Below are positions 1-8,600 of a stretch of 64,000 nucleotides of DNA, one piece after another (position 1 is the stretch's first letter; each line of letters opens with the position of its first letter). The translations under genes and the position numbers were made by a program. The DNA comes from a virus (Duplodnaviria > Caudoviricetes). The stretch spans positions 96,001 to 160,000 of the IMG/VR virus record IMGVR_UViG_3300020576_003495. One strand, 5' to 3'. Under the pieces are notes generated by a model. That model was not told where the DNA came from and ran no database searches. It saw nothing but the letters and a program-made list of their open reading frames with translations.

Positions 1-611
1 GGGACATCGCTGTGGGGGATTGGGTATGCCCACACTGCGGAAATCGCGTTTATTTCAGCAAAGAGCCTAAAGTCCCCTGTGCCAAGTGCGGGTCAAAAAA
101 ATGGGAGTACGTCGAACTAAGCTTTCTGTCGAAAGAAATCAACGCGACAGGCAGTATCGACTTGGTAGTTGATTTGGGGTTGCCTAAGCATGTGGCTGTT
201 GAAATCAAGTCATTAGACAAGGATCAATTTAATGAGTTGGTTGCACCAAAGGCTGAACACCGTATTAGAACATCCCTCTACCTTCGGATGATTGAACACA
301 GTAACAGTTCTCACGTTGACAAGATTGATTTGACGCATGGGCGTATCCTGTATGTCTCCAAAGCCTTCGGAAAAAAGGACATCAACGGAAAGTTCACGCC
401 GTTCAAAGAATTTATAGTGAAGCGGGATGATGCAGCTACAGAGTATTACGTTTCCAAAGCAAAGCTGATCAAGCGGTTTGAGGATACAGGGGAGATTCCA
501 AGTGGTATATGCCCCAACTCTTTTTGCAAGCGACTCAAATCCTGCAACGTAGCTACATCCTGTTTCACAGGAAAATATCCCGCAGGGACAATAATACCTC
601 TTGACAAATAG
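1..611 (+). CDS. Cas4-like/PD-(D/E)XK exonuclease, 5' truncated by window edge
   Basis: IDL...VEIKS nuclease motif, Cys clusters at both ends. Confidence 0.7.
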   Translation, partial: DIAVGDWVCPHCGNRVYFSKEPKVPCAKCGSKKWEYVELSFLSKEINATGSIDLVVDLGLPKHVAVEIKSLDKDQFNELVAPKAEHRIRTSLYLRMIEHSNSSHVDKIDLTHGRILYVSKAFGKKDINGKFTPFKEFIVKRDDAATEYYVSKAKLIKRFEDTGEIPSGICPNSFCKRLKSCNVATSCFTGKYPAGTIIPLDK

Positions 612-658
612 CTGACTAGGTGGGATACTTACTGCTCTTTCTACGAACGGAGTGGTAA

Positions 659-913
659 ATGACTGATATTTATAGCATTGAGGACACGCCAAAAACGTCT
701 GTCCTTGCTGATGGGACGGTGATTATTCGGGCTTACACCGATGACGCGCTGGAAAGCAAGCGGGTTGATGCGATCAATCGGATCGGAACACGCTGGCTGC
801 TTCATCCGAAGAACCAAGTGCAACGCGGTGGCGGGTTTTCCTTTCCAAAGGTTGACGGTTCATCTTTTTATTTGACACGCCACTTCGACAGGCTTAAACT
901 GCAAGCCGCGTGA
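659..913 (+). CDS. hypothetical protein
   Basis: ORF with TTGACA promoter and ACGGAG RBS upstream. Confidence 0.6.
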   Translation: MTDIYSIEDTPKTSVLADGTVIIRAYTDDALESKRVDAINRIGTRWLLHPKNQVQRGGGFSFPKVDGSSFYLTRHFDRLKLQAA

Positions 914-919
914 TCATTT

Positions 920-960
920 GGGCCGGTGGCGAAGTTGGTTGAAACGCATTAGGTGTGTTA
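920..960 (+). pseudogene. 5' half of a disrupted Leu-type tRNA
   Basis: GGGCCGG acceptor strand plus D arm GCGAAGTTGGTTGAAACGC; pairs with CCGGCCT-ACCA ending at 1593. Confidence 0.85.
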
Positions 961-964
961 ATAT

Positions 965-1040
965 GCCCCAATACGCAATTTGGTAAAGCGGGGGGATTTA
1001 AAATCCCTTGATTCTGTCAGTTCGACTCTGACTTGGGGCA
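965..1040 (+). tRNA. tRNA-Leu(TAA), short variable arm, no encoded CCA
   Basis: cloverleaf GCCCCAA/TTGGGGC, anticodon loop TTTAAAA. Confidence 0.9.
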
Positions 1041-1046
1041 CTCATT

Positions 1047-1550
1047 ATGATTCTTGTGTCTGAATACATAAAGCTTCCAAAAGAAGCTAGGCAAGCACAC
1101 CTAGATTTAGCTTCCCCTTGTATTGAGAGGGGTGGTAGTTCAACGCAGCATAGGGCAATACTGGCTTACGTGCTAGATACCGATATAGCTACGGGCGTAT
1201 GCTGTTGTCACGCTTGTAGTAACGGTAAATGCAGTAACCCTAAGCACCTGTATTGGGGTACGTATAAAGAGAACAGTCTTGATGCGTTAGCTGACGGTAA
1301 CCCTACACCGTGGGATCGCATGGTAAAGAAGTACGGTAAGGAAGGTGCCTTGGAGAAGCTTAAGTTACTACGCTTTAATAGTATAACAGCTAGGAGAGCG
1401 GCTTCTAAGCTTACGGATGACCAAGTGAGACACTTACGTTCTTTGCCAGTAAAGTACGGTATGGCGTCAGAGTGGGGTAGAATTTTTGGTGTTGGTAGGC
1501 ACGTAATACATAATGTTCTTGCCAACAAGTCGTATCAGCACGTACAGTAA
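1047..1550 (+). CDS. HNH/His-Cys-type homing endonuclease
   Basis: CHACSNGKCSNPKHLYWGT..EN motif, C-terminal helix-turn-helix-like tail. Confidence 0.85.
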   Translation: MILVSEYIKLPKEARQAHLDLASPCIERGGSSTQHRAILAYVLDTDIATGVCCCHACSNGKCSNPKHLYWGTYKENSLDALADGNPTPWDRMVKKYGKEGALEKLKLLRFNSITARRAASKLTDDQVRHLRSLPVKYGMASEWGRIFGVGRHVIHNVLANKSYQHVQ

Positions 1551-1593
1551 CACACTAGAAACACCGAGGGTTCGACTCCCTCCCGGCCTACCA
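1548..1593 (+). pseudogene. 3' half of the disrupted Leu-type tRNA
   Basis: T arm GAGGG-TTCGACT-CCCTC followed by CCGGCCT-A-CCA. Confidence 0.85.
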
Positions 1594-1597
1594 AACA

Positions 1598-1625
1598 GGG
1601 TGTATAGCTCAGGGGCAGTAGCAAC
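1598..1625 (+). pseudogene. 5' remnant of a tRNA (Ile/Lys-type start)
   Basis: GGGTGTA-TA-GCTCAGGGGCAGTAGC then abrupt loss of tRNA structure. Confidence 0.7.
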
Positions 1626-1632
1626 TTAGTAG

Positions 1633-1661
1633 TTGACGGCAAAAAGTATAGTCCGTATAAT
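1633..1661 (+). promoter_or_regulatory. sigma70 promoter of the HNH gene (leaderless geometry)
   Basis: TTGACG-17 nt-TATAAT, ATG 6 nt after the -10. Confidence 0.75.
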
Positions 1662-1667
1662 TGCAAC

Positions 1668-2210
1668 ATGCCTACCCAAGCTGACTATCCGTACCAAGAG
1701 TATAGACTCTACGTTGTTCTCCACAAGAAAGAAAAACGTAGAATGGCGTGCTTAGTTAAACCCGGAAGCAGGGAAAGACTCACATTGTCTTATGCTAAGT
1801 ACCTAATGTCCGTCCACTTAGGTAGGGTTATGCTGCGTGATGAGACAGTTGACCACGTAAACGGGGATAAACTTGATGATAGACTAGAGAACTTTCAAAT
1901 ACTCAGTGCAAAGGCCAATAGAGAGAAGTACGTCGCTGATAACCCTGCTGAGTTGGTTCACCTAACCTGTAAAAAGTGTGGTCTAGCGTTTGTACGATCA
2001 AAAAGTCATGCGTACAAGCACACGCATTTGGGAAAACCTAGTTACTGTTCTCGTTCGTGTTCGGGCAATGTAAATATGGGTTCCTATAAAAGTCTGTCCG
2101 ACACGGTGGTAGCTGAAATAAAAAGACTACACGCCAGCGGTGTCGCCACTTCTGGCATAGCCTTGGCTTTGGGTGTCAGTGGTAACACCATTAGGAAGTA
2201 TCGTGTTTGA
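1668..2210 (+). CDS. HNH homing endonuclease with Zn ribbon and C-terminal HTH
   Basis: VDHVNGDKLDDRLEN, CxxC...CSRSC, LGVSGNTIRKY. Confidence 0.88.
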   Translation: MPTQADYPYQEYRLYVVLHKKEKRRMACLVKPGSRERLTLSYAKYLMSVHLGRVMLRDETVDHVNGDKLDDRLENFQILSAKANREKYVADNPAELVHLTCKKCGLAFVRSKSHAYKHTHLGKPSYCSRSCSGNVNMGSYKSLSDTVVAEIKRLHASGVATSGIALALGVSGNTIRKYRV

Positions 2211-2219
2211 GTTAAATTA

Positions 2220-2295
2220 GGACGTGTCGTATAAGGGTTGATTACGGGCTACTCATAATAGCCTTATTCTGGTTCGAGTCCAGACCCGTCCACCA
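2220..2295 (+). tRNA. tRNA with CAT anticodon (probably Ile2, or elongator Met)
   Basis: GGCTA-CTCATAA-TAGCC, T loop TTCGAGT, CCA. Confidence 0.88.
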
Positions 2296-2369
2296 TTAAT
2301 TGCAAGTAATTTCAACGCACACTATAGGAAGCGTCATTTCAGTCTATACTGCCCTTTTGTGGGGGACTT

Positions 2370-3149
2370 ATGTACGCATCCATATTGAAAGAAGAACTAC
2401 GCTGGCCTAAAGGCTCCCCGATGGGCGGCAAGTTTCGCGCAGGTAACTCCCCTGTACCAGAGTCAATAGACCACTGGACGAAAAAAGATGATTCACAGGG
2501 CGGATCAAACCCCGGATTCCAAGCCTATGATGAAACAGGGCAGAAGTACTACGTCAAGTTCCCCAAAACAGCAGACCACGTTTATAACGAAGTCCTAGCA
2601 TCACACCTATACAAAGCCGCAGGGGTTCGTGTTCCCGATGTGAAGCCTATCATGTACAACGGGCATATTGGCGTTGCCTCGAAATGGACTTCGGGGATGA
2701 AAAACATGCACCGTGAGATTCGACATGTTGAAGGGGCTAAAGAAGGTTTCGCTGTGGATGCGTGGTTGTCGAATTGGGATACCGCAGGGATGGGTCACGA
2801 TAACATGCTCATGCACCCTGACGGAAAAGCCTTCCGTGTCGATGTGGGGGGTTCCATGCAGTACCGTGCCCAAGGACAACCCAAAGGTGACGTGTTTGGT
2901 GATACGGTTCCTGAAATAGATCGGATGCGGGATCAAACAAAATCCTTCAACGCCGCTCAGGTTTTTGGGGGCATGTCTGAGCAGGAAGTGGCTAATTCTG
3001 TGAAGAAGGTTGCAGCGGTTTCGGATGAGGATATTGACAAATTAGTTGCTACGTATTATAATGCGTCAACTGAAAAAAGAAGTATCTTGGCTAACAAGCT
3101 AATTGCCCGTAAGAACTATCTCATTTCGAGATACGGAAGGGGGACATAA
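2370..3149 (+). CDS. HipA/PI3K-like kinase, putative virion effector
   Basis: YYVKF, NEVLASHLY, DAWLSNWD...DNML, RVDVG motifs; leader MYASILK. Confidence 0.7.
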   Translation: MYASILKEELRWPKGSPMGGKFRAGNSPVPESIDHWTKKDDSQGGSNPGFQAYDETGQKYYVKFPKTADHVYNEVLASHLYKAAGVRVPDVKPIMYNGHIGVASKWTSGMKNMHREIRHVEGAKEGFAVDAWLSNWDTAGMGHDNMLMHPDGKAFRVDVGGSMQYRAQGQPKGDVFGDTVPEIDRMRDQTKSFNAAQVFGGMSEQEVANSVKKVAAVSDEDIDKLVATYYNASTEKRSILANKLIARKNYLISRYGRGT

Positions 3150-3168
3150 CATAAGGAAAGTATAATAT

Positions 3169-3618
3169 ATGTGGATCATGCTGAATGGTGGATTTTTGTC
3201 CATCGTTGATAACTCAAATACAAAAGGCGAACTGTTGGTTCGTGCACGTCGTCGTGGTGATATTGAAAAGGTGTTCCCTGATGCTAAAGTGACCAGTGCC
3301 GTAGGACGTGATTACCTTTTTCGCGCCAGCATCAAGCGTGAACTGGTTGCCGATGCCCTGCATAAGCAGGTGATGGGTATCACCTATCCGAACTTTAAGG
3401 ATAGCGTCAAAGACGACAAGCTGCATGATGCCTATAGCGACGTGTGGGGGCGTATGGCACGGCTACAGGAAACCCCGCCTTACCATGTACCGTTCAAGGG
3501 CACTCGAAGCCATGCCGCACCGACAGTCTTTCCAAAGCTGGTGGGCAAGGGCAAGTTTGAAGTCTCTCGTCAGACGGAAATCAACGCATTGAAGCGGGGG
3601 TCTAGGCGTGGTCGGTAA
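3169..3618 (+). CDS. conserved phage hypothetical protein
   Basis: MWIMLNGGFLSIV...LLVRAR...YPNFK; RBS upstream. Confidence 0.7.
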   Translation: MWIMLNGGFLSIVDNSNTKGELLVRARRRGDIEKVFPDAKVTSAVGRDYLFRASIKRELVADALHKQVMGITYPNFKDSVKDDKLHDAYSDVWGRMARLQETPPYHVPFKGTRSHAAPTVFPKLVGKGKFEVSRQTEINALKRGSRRGR

Positions 3619-4087
3619 GCCTGTTATTTGTCTTGACTCCGATGGTGTGTTTTCTGACTTTCATGGGTTTCTGAAAGATCATGGGCTAGTTCACGGTGAT
3701 AGGAACATGTGGGCAGAGTTGTCCAAGATTCCCAATGCCTTCTATAAAATGAAGGTTTTGCCTGACGCACTTAAACTCTATGCGGCCATAAAGCATCATC
3801 GTCATTATGTTCTCACAGCGATGCCGCGCCCCACAGGATACCTGTCTACCTCAAAAGAAGACAAGGTGAAGTGGTGGGCAAATAACGTGAGTCCCGATGT
3901 GGACGTGGTAGTTGTTTCTTCAGGAAAAGAAAAAGCAGCGCATGCAGCACCGAACAAAATCTTGATTGACGATCTTCAACGTAACATCGGCATGTGGGAG
4001 AATGCGGGGGGGATCGGTATCCTTCACAAGTCTGTTCCAGAGACACTAGAAGAACTACGTGGGCTAGGTCTGCTTTCTGTAGCGTAA
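3608..4087 (+). CDS. HAD-family 5'(3')-deoxyribonucleotidase-like protein
   Basis: DSDGV, LT, K, ILIDD HAD motifs. Confidence 0.85.
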   Translation: MVGKPVICLDSDGVFSDFHGFLKDHGLVHGDRNMWAELSKIPNAFYKMKVLPDALKLYAAIKHHRHYVLTAMPRPTGYLSTSKEDKVKWWANNVSPDVDVVVVSSGKEKAAHAAPNKILIDDLQRNIGMWENAGGIGILHKSVPETLEELRGLGLLSVA

Positions 4088-4157
4088 TCCTGTTAGGAAG
4101 CCCATACTCACAGCAAGCCGTCTTACTATACAAGGCGGTTTTTTGTGTGGGACTCTT

Positions 4158-4772
4158 ATGCGTATCGCAATCGACTTGGCTTTAGATGAACAGACCGTCC
4201 AAGCTTTGTCTACTGCATTGGACGAGCGAGATACTCGTACAATGGAACATTGCAAAAGGGTTAGCCAACTGGCGTGCGCTCTGGGTTATTTTTGCAATAT
4301 CAAATCCAAAGAAATGGCACAGCTTTATGCTGCTGCTGTGTTGCATGACGTGGGTAAGATAGGAATACCTGATTCAATACTGCTTGCCCCTCGCAGGTTG
4401 TCGAACGAAGAATACGAGGTTATAAAAACCCACCCTGAGCGTGGGGAGCGAATTGTTCGGGAGATACCTAGCCCACTGGCTAGAAAAGCTGCGACCATAA
4501 TTAGGCACCACCATGAGCATTTTGATGGGGGCGGTTATCCTGACGGATTAGTTGGCGAAGAAATTCCTCTTTTATCGAGAATCCTTTTTGTTGCTGACTG
4601 TTACGACGGGGTATTGGAAGCACGCACGTACCATGAAAAACGCTCGCATGACGAAGTGATGCGGATTTTGAAAGACGAAGCGGGTGTTAAGTCGGACTAC
4701 AACGTGTTCAAGGTGTTTGCGTCCAAGATAGGCAAGCCTGACTTTTCCAACATTGTCATTTCAACCATATAA
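4158..4772 (+). CDS. standalone HD-GYP cyclic-dinucleotide phosphodiesterase
   Basis: LHDVGKIG, HHEHFDGGGYPDGL, VADCYD. Confidence 0.93.
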   Translation: MRIAIDLALDEQTVQALSTALDERDTRTMEHCKRVSQLACALGYFCNIKSKEMAQLYAAAVLHDVGKIGIPDSILLAPRRLSNEEYEVIKTHPERGERIVREIPSPLARKAATIIRHHHEHFDGGGYPDGLVGEEIPLLSRILFVADCYDGVLEARTYHEKRSHDEVMRILKDEAGVKSDYNVFKVFASKIGKPDFSNIVISTI

Positions 4773-4867
4773 TATTGCTTGACAAACTAAGTGGCAATGT
4801 GTATCATTGCCCGTGAAGTTAATTGCAACTGTTGCCCAGCATAGGGCTAATCCATTTGGAGAATATC

Positions 4868-5596
4868 ATGCCATACGAAAAAGGACTTGTAGTTGAGTGG
4901 GCGTATCATGCGGGAAAAGTGCACGGCTTCCGTCAGGGTACAATTGTTCTGTTTGTACCCGAGTTTGAATCCATCGAACATTTGGCTGGCGTTGCTGGTA
5001 TTCAGCCAAACAAGGACGTGTCCTACAAGGATTCGTCATCCATTGATCGTTACCTTGTGCAAGGCAGTGACGGCAAGTTCTACGCACCGAAGGCAACCAT
5101 TGTTACCCCGTCTGTGAAAATCGAACCGAACGACGAAAGCGATGCAGCGGTCATCAAAGCTACCATTGAAGCTGCGTATGTCGATGACGGCGCTGAAAGT
5201 GGTGATGTTGTCAGCGATGAATTTGGTTCTCTTTTTGACTTTAAGTACGTACTCTTTGCCAAGTCCGATACGGCCAGAGCCTACGGTCGTGCATACGCAG
5301 GGGGTATCAAGGTGATCCTCAAAGGGGGAGACTTCACGTTTCTTCGTGAATCTGGTGCCCACGAGGACGCGCATGTGCTGACGATCAAAGGATTCTGCGT
5401 AGCTGGTGCGTTCGGTGTCAGGACGGTTGACCTCTGCGGTGTACGTGAACTAGCAGTTGATGCTGTTGCTAAAGCCTTCGGGGACGCTGGTTTTGAAACA
5501 GACTCAAACACGGTGGCATCGCTTATCTATTCCGGCGCTGAACAAATCGACCTCTCCGACGACACTGTAGTTGGTCTGTCCGTAGCCTACTGCTGA
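4868..5596 (+). CDS. hypothetical protein
   Basis: ORF with promoter (4779), GGAG RBS and downstream terminator. Confidence 0.7.
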   Translation: MPYEKGLVVEWAYHAGKVHGFRQGTIVLFVPEFESIEHLAGVAGIQPNKDVSYKDSSSIDRYLVQGSDGKFYAPKATIVTPSVKIEPNDESDAAVIKATIEAAYVDDGAESGDVVSDEFGSLFDFKYVLFAKSDTARAYGRAYAGGIKVILKGGDFTFLRESGAHEDAHVLTIKGFCVAGAFGVRTVDLCGVRELAVDAVAKAFGDAGFETDSNTVASLIYSGAEQIDLSDDTVVGLSVAYC

Positions 5597-5686
5597 CCTT
5601 GTTTGTTTTTATTAGAATGCCCTGCTTAGGCGGGGCTTCTTTCGTTTACACTGGCGTTACTTTGTATTTATTGTACAGGCGAACCT

Positions 5687-8600
5687 ATGTATTCTTCTCT
5701 GCTTGGTGGGACAGCTAAAACTATGTCCAACAAAACCCCCAAGACACCTTTTTCTGCGCTATTGAGCAAAGAGGAAAAGCATTTTCCCGCTGGATACACT
5801 GACCCCGAAGGGCATAAGGGGGGACAGTTTGCCCCGAAAGATACGACAGGTGAAGTAGCACAGGAAACCAAGGAAAAACCATTCGTTTATTCTGATGGTC
5901 AGACTTCCCTAGTGAATTCTATGGCAGTCAACAAGCCGAAGGAACCCACAGCGCCTGATGTCAGCCCTGAAGATTTGATTGCACACCACAAGGCAGGGCT
6001 TGAAAAGAGCGCCAAGCTGCTGAATCAGTACATCAAACAGGACGGGGGGAAGCCTACCGATACCAACGCAAAAATTCTAGCAGGGAACATTGCGAACCAC
6101 GTTGACGCGCTGTCTGATCTTGGTGGGATGAGCAAGGAAGAACTAGCCAAAGGACTCAGCACACAAGGTCTGAGCATGTGGCTGAAGAAAAAGCATGGCC
6201 TACCGCTCACAGCGCAAGAGGAAAAGAACATTGCCTCTACCATGAAGTCGGCTATCGCCTTGCAGAACAAGAAGCAAGCGGCTAAAAAACTGGAAGACCA
6301 CAAAAAGAATTCAGCGCTGGCGGAAGAAGCCAAAGTTAAGTTTGGGGAGGATTCGGCGCAGTACAAAAAGCTAAAAAACAAAGCCGAAAAAGACCTAAAC
6401 AAAGCCATGAGCTATGGGGTTCTTCCTGCCGATGCTGTAAAGGAAAAAGAAGTAGTTAAAGAAAACCACGATGCTGAGAAGGTAGCACAGCTTAAGGCCA
6501 TACATGACGCAGCAGAGGAATTGGCTCATCAAGAGCATATGGGCACGCAGAACACAGCCTACTACAATGCTGTTTCTGATGCCGTAGCTGCTGCGAAGTA
6601 TGCTGACGAAAACGAGACTAACAAGGCGATTGAAGCAGGGAAAGCTACCAATGCCGCAAAGATTGCCAACGGTAAAACCCTGCTATCTATTTCAGTAATT
6701 GCTCATGCTCAGGTTCAGCACCAACAGCATGAAGCCAAGGATTCCGACGCCTACAAAGAATACAAGGACGCGGCGAACGCCTATAAATACTACTACAACA
6801 CCGGGGCGATATATAACGGGCTAAACAAAGACGACCTAAAACAAGCGGTCAAGACGGGTAAGCTGGCATTCTCATCCATGAAGGCTAACAAGAACATGGA
6901 GAAGGTTGCCCCGCCTGATGTTCCCGGTTTTGAGAAACTTGCTCCCGCACCAAAACCCGCTGTGGAAGTGAAACCAGAATCACCAAAAACGTTCTCCGAC
7001 ATTTCTTCCGAGGCCAAGGCTAAAGACGGTTTGCAGCAGTTGGTTGATTTGACGACCAGCTACAACGCCCACATGACGATGCCTAACAATCAGACCTACT
7101 ACTCTGATTTCCTTGAAGCCAAGAAAAACTTCGACACGACGATGGGGGTTGGGTACTCCGACAAAGCGCTAGCGGCTTACTATGCCTTGAAGAACAATTT
7201 GGTGGATAGTCAGGCTAAGGATAAAGAAGCGGAAAAAGAAGCGCAGAAGAAAGATTTCTTTGGTGGTCTGGATTACCTGAAAGCTTACCCTAATGACAAA
7301 GAGGCGTCAGCAAAACTAGCTGATAACCACAAGGAGATTAACGATACCTACGGGGCAGGGACTACGCTGGCGTGGCTGAAAGAGTACAACGCCAAGAACA
7401 AGCAGGTTGAACCTAAAACCTTCTCCGATTTTGTTAATGACGCCAAAGGCAAAGGTAACACAGGTAAATTGGCCTACATGACCAATGCCTACAGCGACCA
7501 CAAAGCAGCACCGACACCCGACACACAGGCCATGCTTAATGGGGCTAAGGCTTCACTTGATGCGTCTATGGGGGCAGGGTATTCGGATAAGGCTATTGCT
7601 GCGTATGACACTGCGACCACTGCCAAGCCCCTCGCAACTTCGCCTGACGGTATGATGCTGGCGAAGGATAAGTCAGACTATTTCAAAGCCATAGATAGCA
7701 CGCCAGACAGCCCCAAGGGAGAGGCTGATCCTAAGTTGATGCAGATGAAATTGGACATCGACAAGAAGTATGGCGACGGCACAGCTAACTCGTGGATTGC
7801 CGAAAAGATTAAGGGGATGCATGCGGATGCCGCTGTAAAAGAAAATGTAAAAGCGTCTTACCTTAGCATTCTTAACTACGCGAACCCTGATGCCAGTCAG
7901 CAGAGTGCTATTGCAGAGATGAAGAAAAACATTGACGCGAAGTACGGGGATGGCACGGCTACAACGTGGATGACAGAAAACATCAAAGCTGTTGGTCAAG
8001 CCGCCACAGCGAAAAGTTACGATTATGGGAAGCAGGAATATAACCTAACCGACACTAAAGCCGACGCCCTAGCCGCGCTGAGAATTCCGCACACACTGGA
8101 TGACAAGTCTGACCTGATACAGAACATCATTGATAAGGCAAAAGCGGATATTGACCTTGCTTCGGGTGTTAAAGACGCAGGGCTGAAGTACCTTAATGGT
8201 AAGTACACCGACCACAGTAACGATAATCCGAACCCTGAGTTTTCTAATTTTGCTAAAGAGGTAGCGACCAAGATGTTGGTTGACGCGCAAGCAAAAGTAG
8301 ATAGCTTAGTTGATCCAATTCTTGAGCTATCAAAGAAAGACGCGGTTAAAGCACTTACTGGCCTGAAGCAAGACGTAGATAAGTACCTTGGGCAAGGTGC
8401 AAGTGCTGACTTGTTGGACTCCTATGACGAGGCTAAAGCAGACCACAAAAAACAATTCTTTGCCAAGATGGACGCGGTACAAGGTGGGAAAGCCAACGCA
8501 GACAACGCCTTGGCTTTGGGGATGCATATCAACAAAGTTGACGAGCTATTTGGCAAGGGAACATCAAGCCTGTGGGCTGATGAATTCAACTCTAAGAAGC

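Noticed and set aside
1-611. CRISPR-Cas locus suggested by the Cas4-like nuclease
   Set aside because: No repeat-spacer array or other cas genes in the window; solo Cas4-like nucleases are common in phages.
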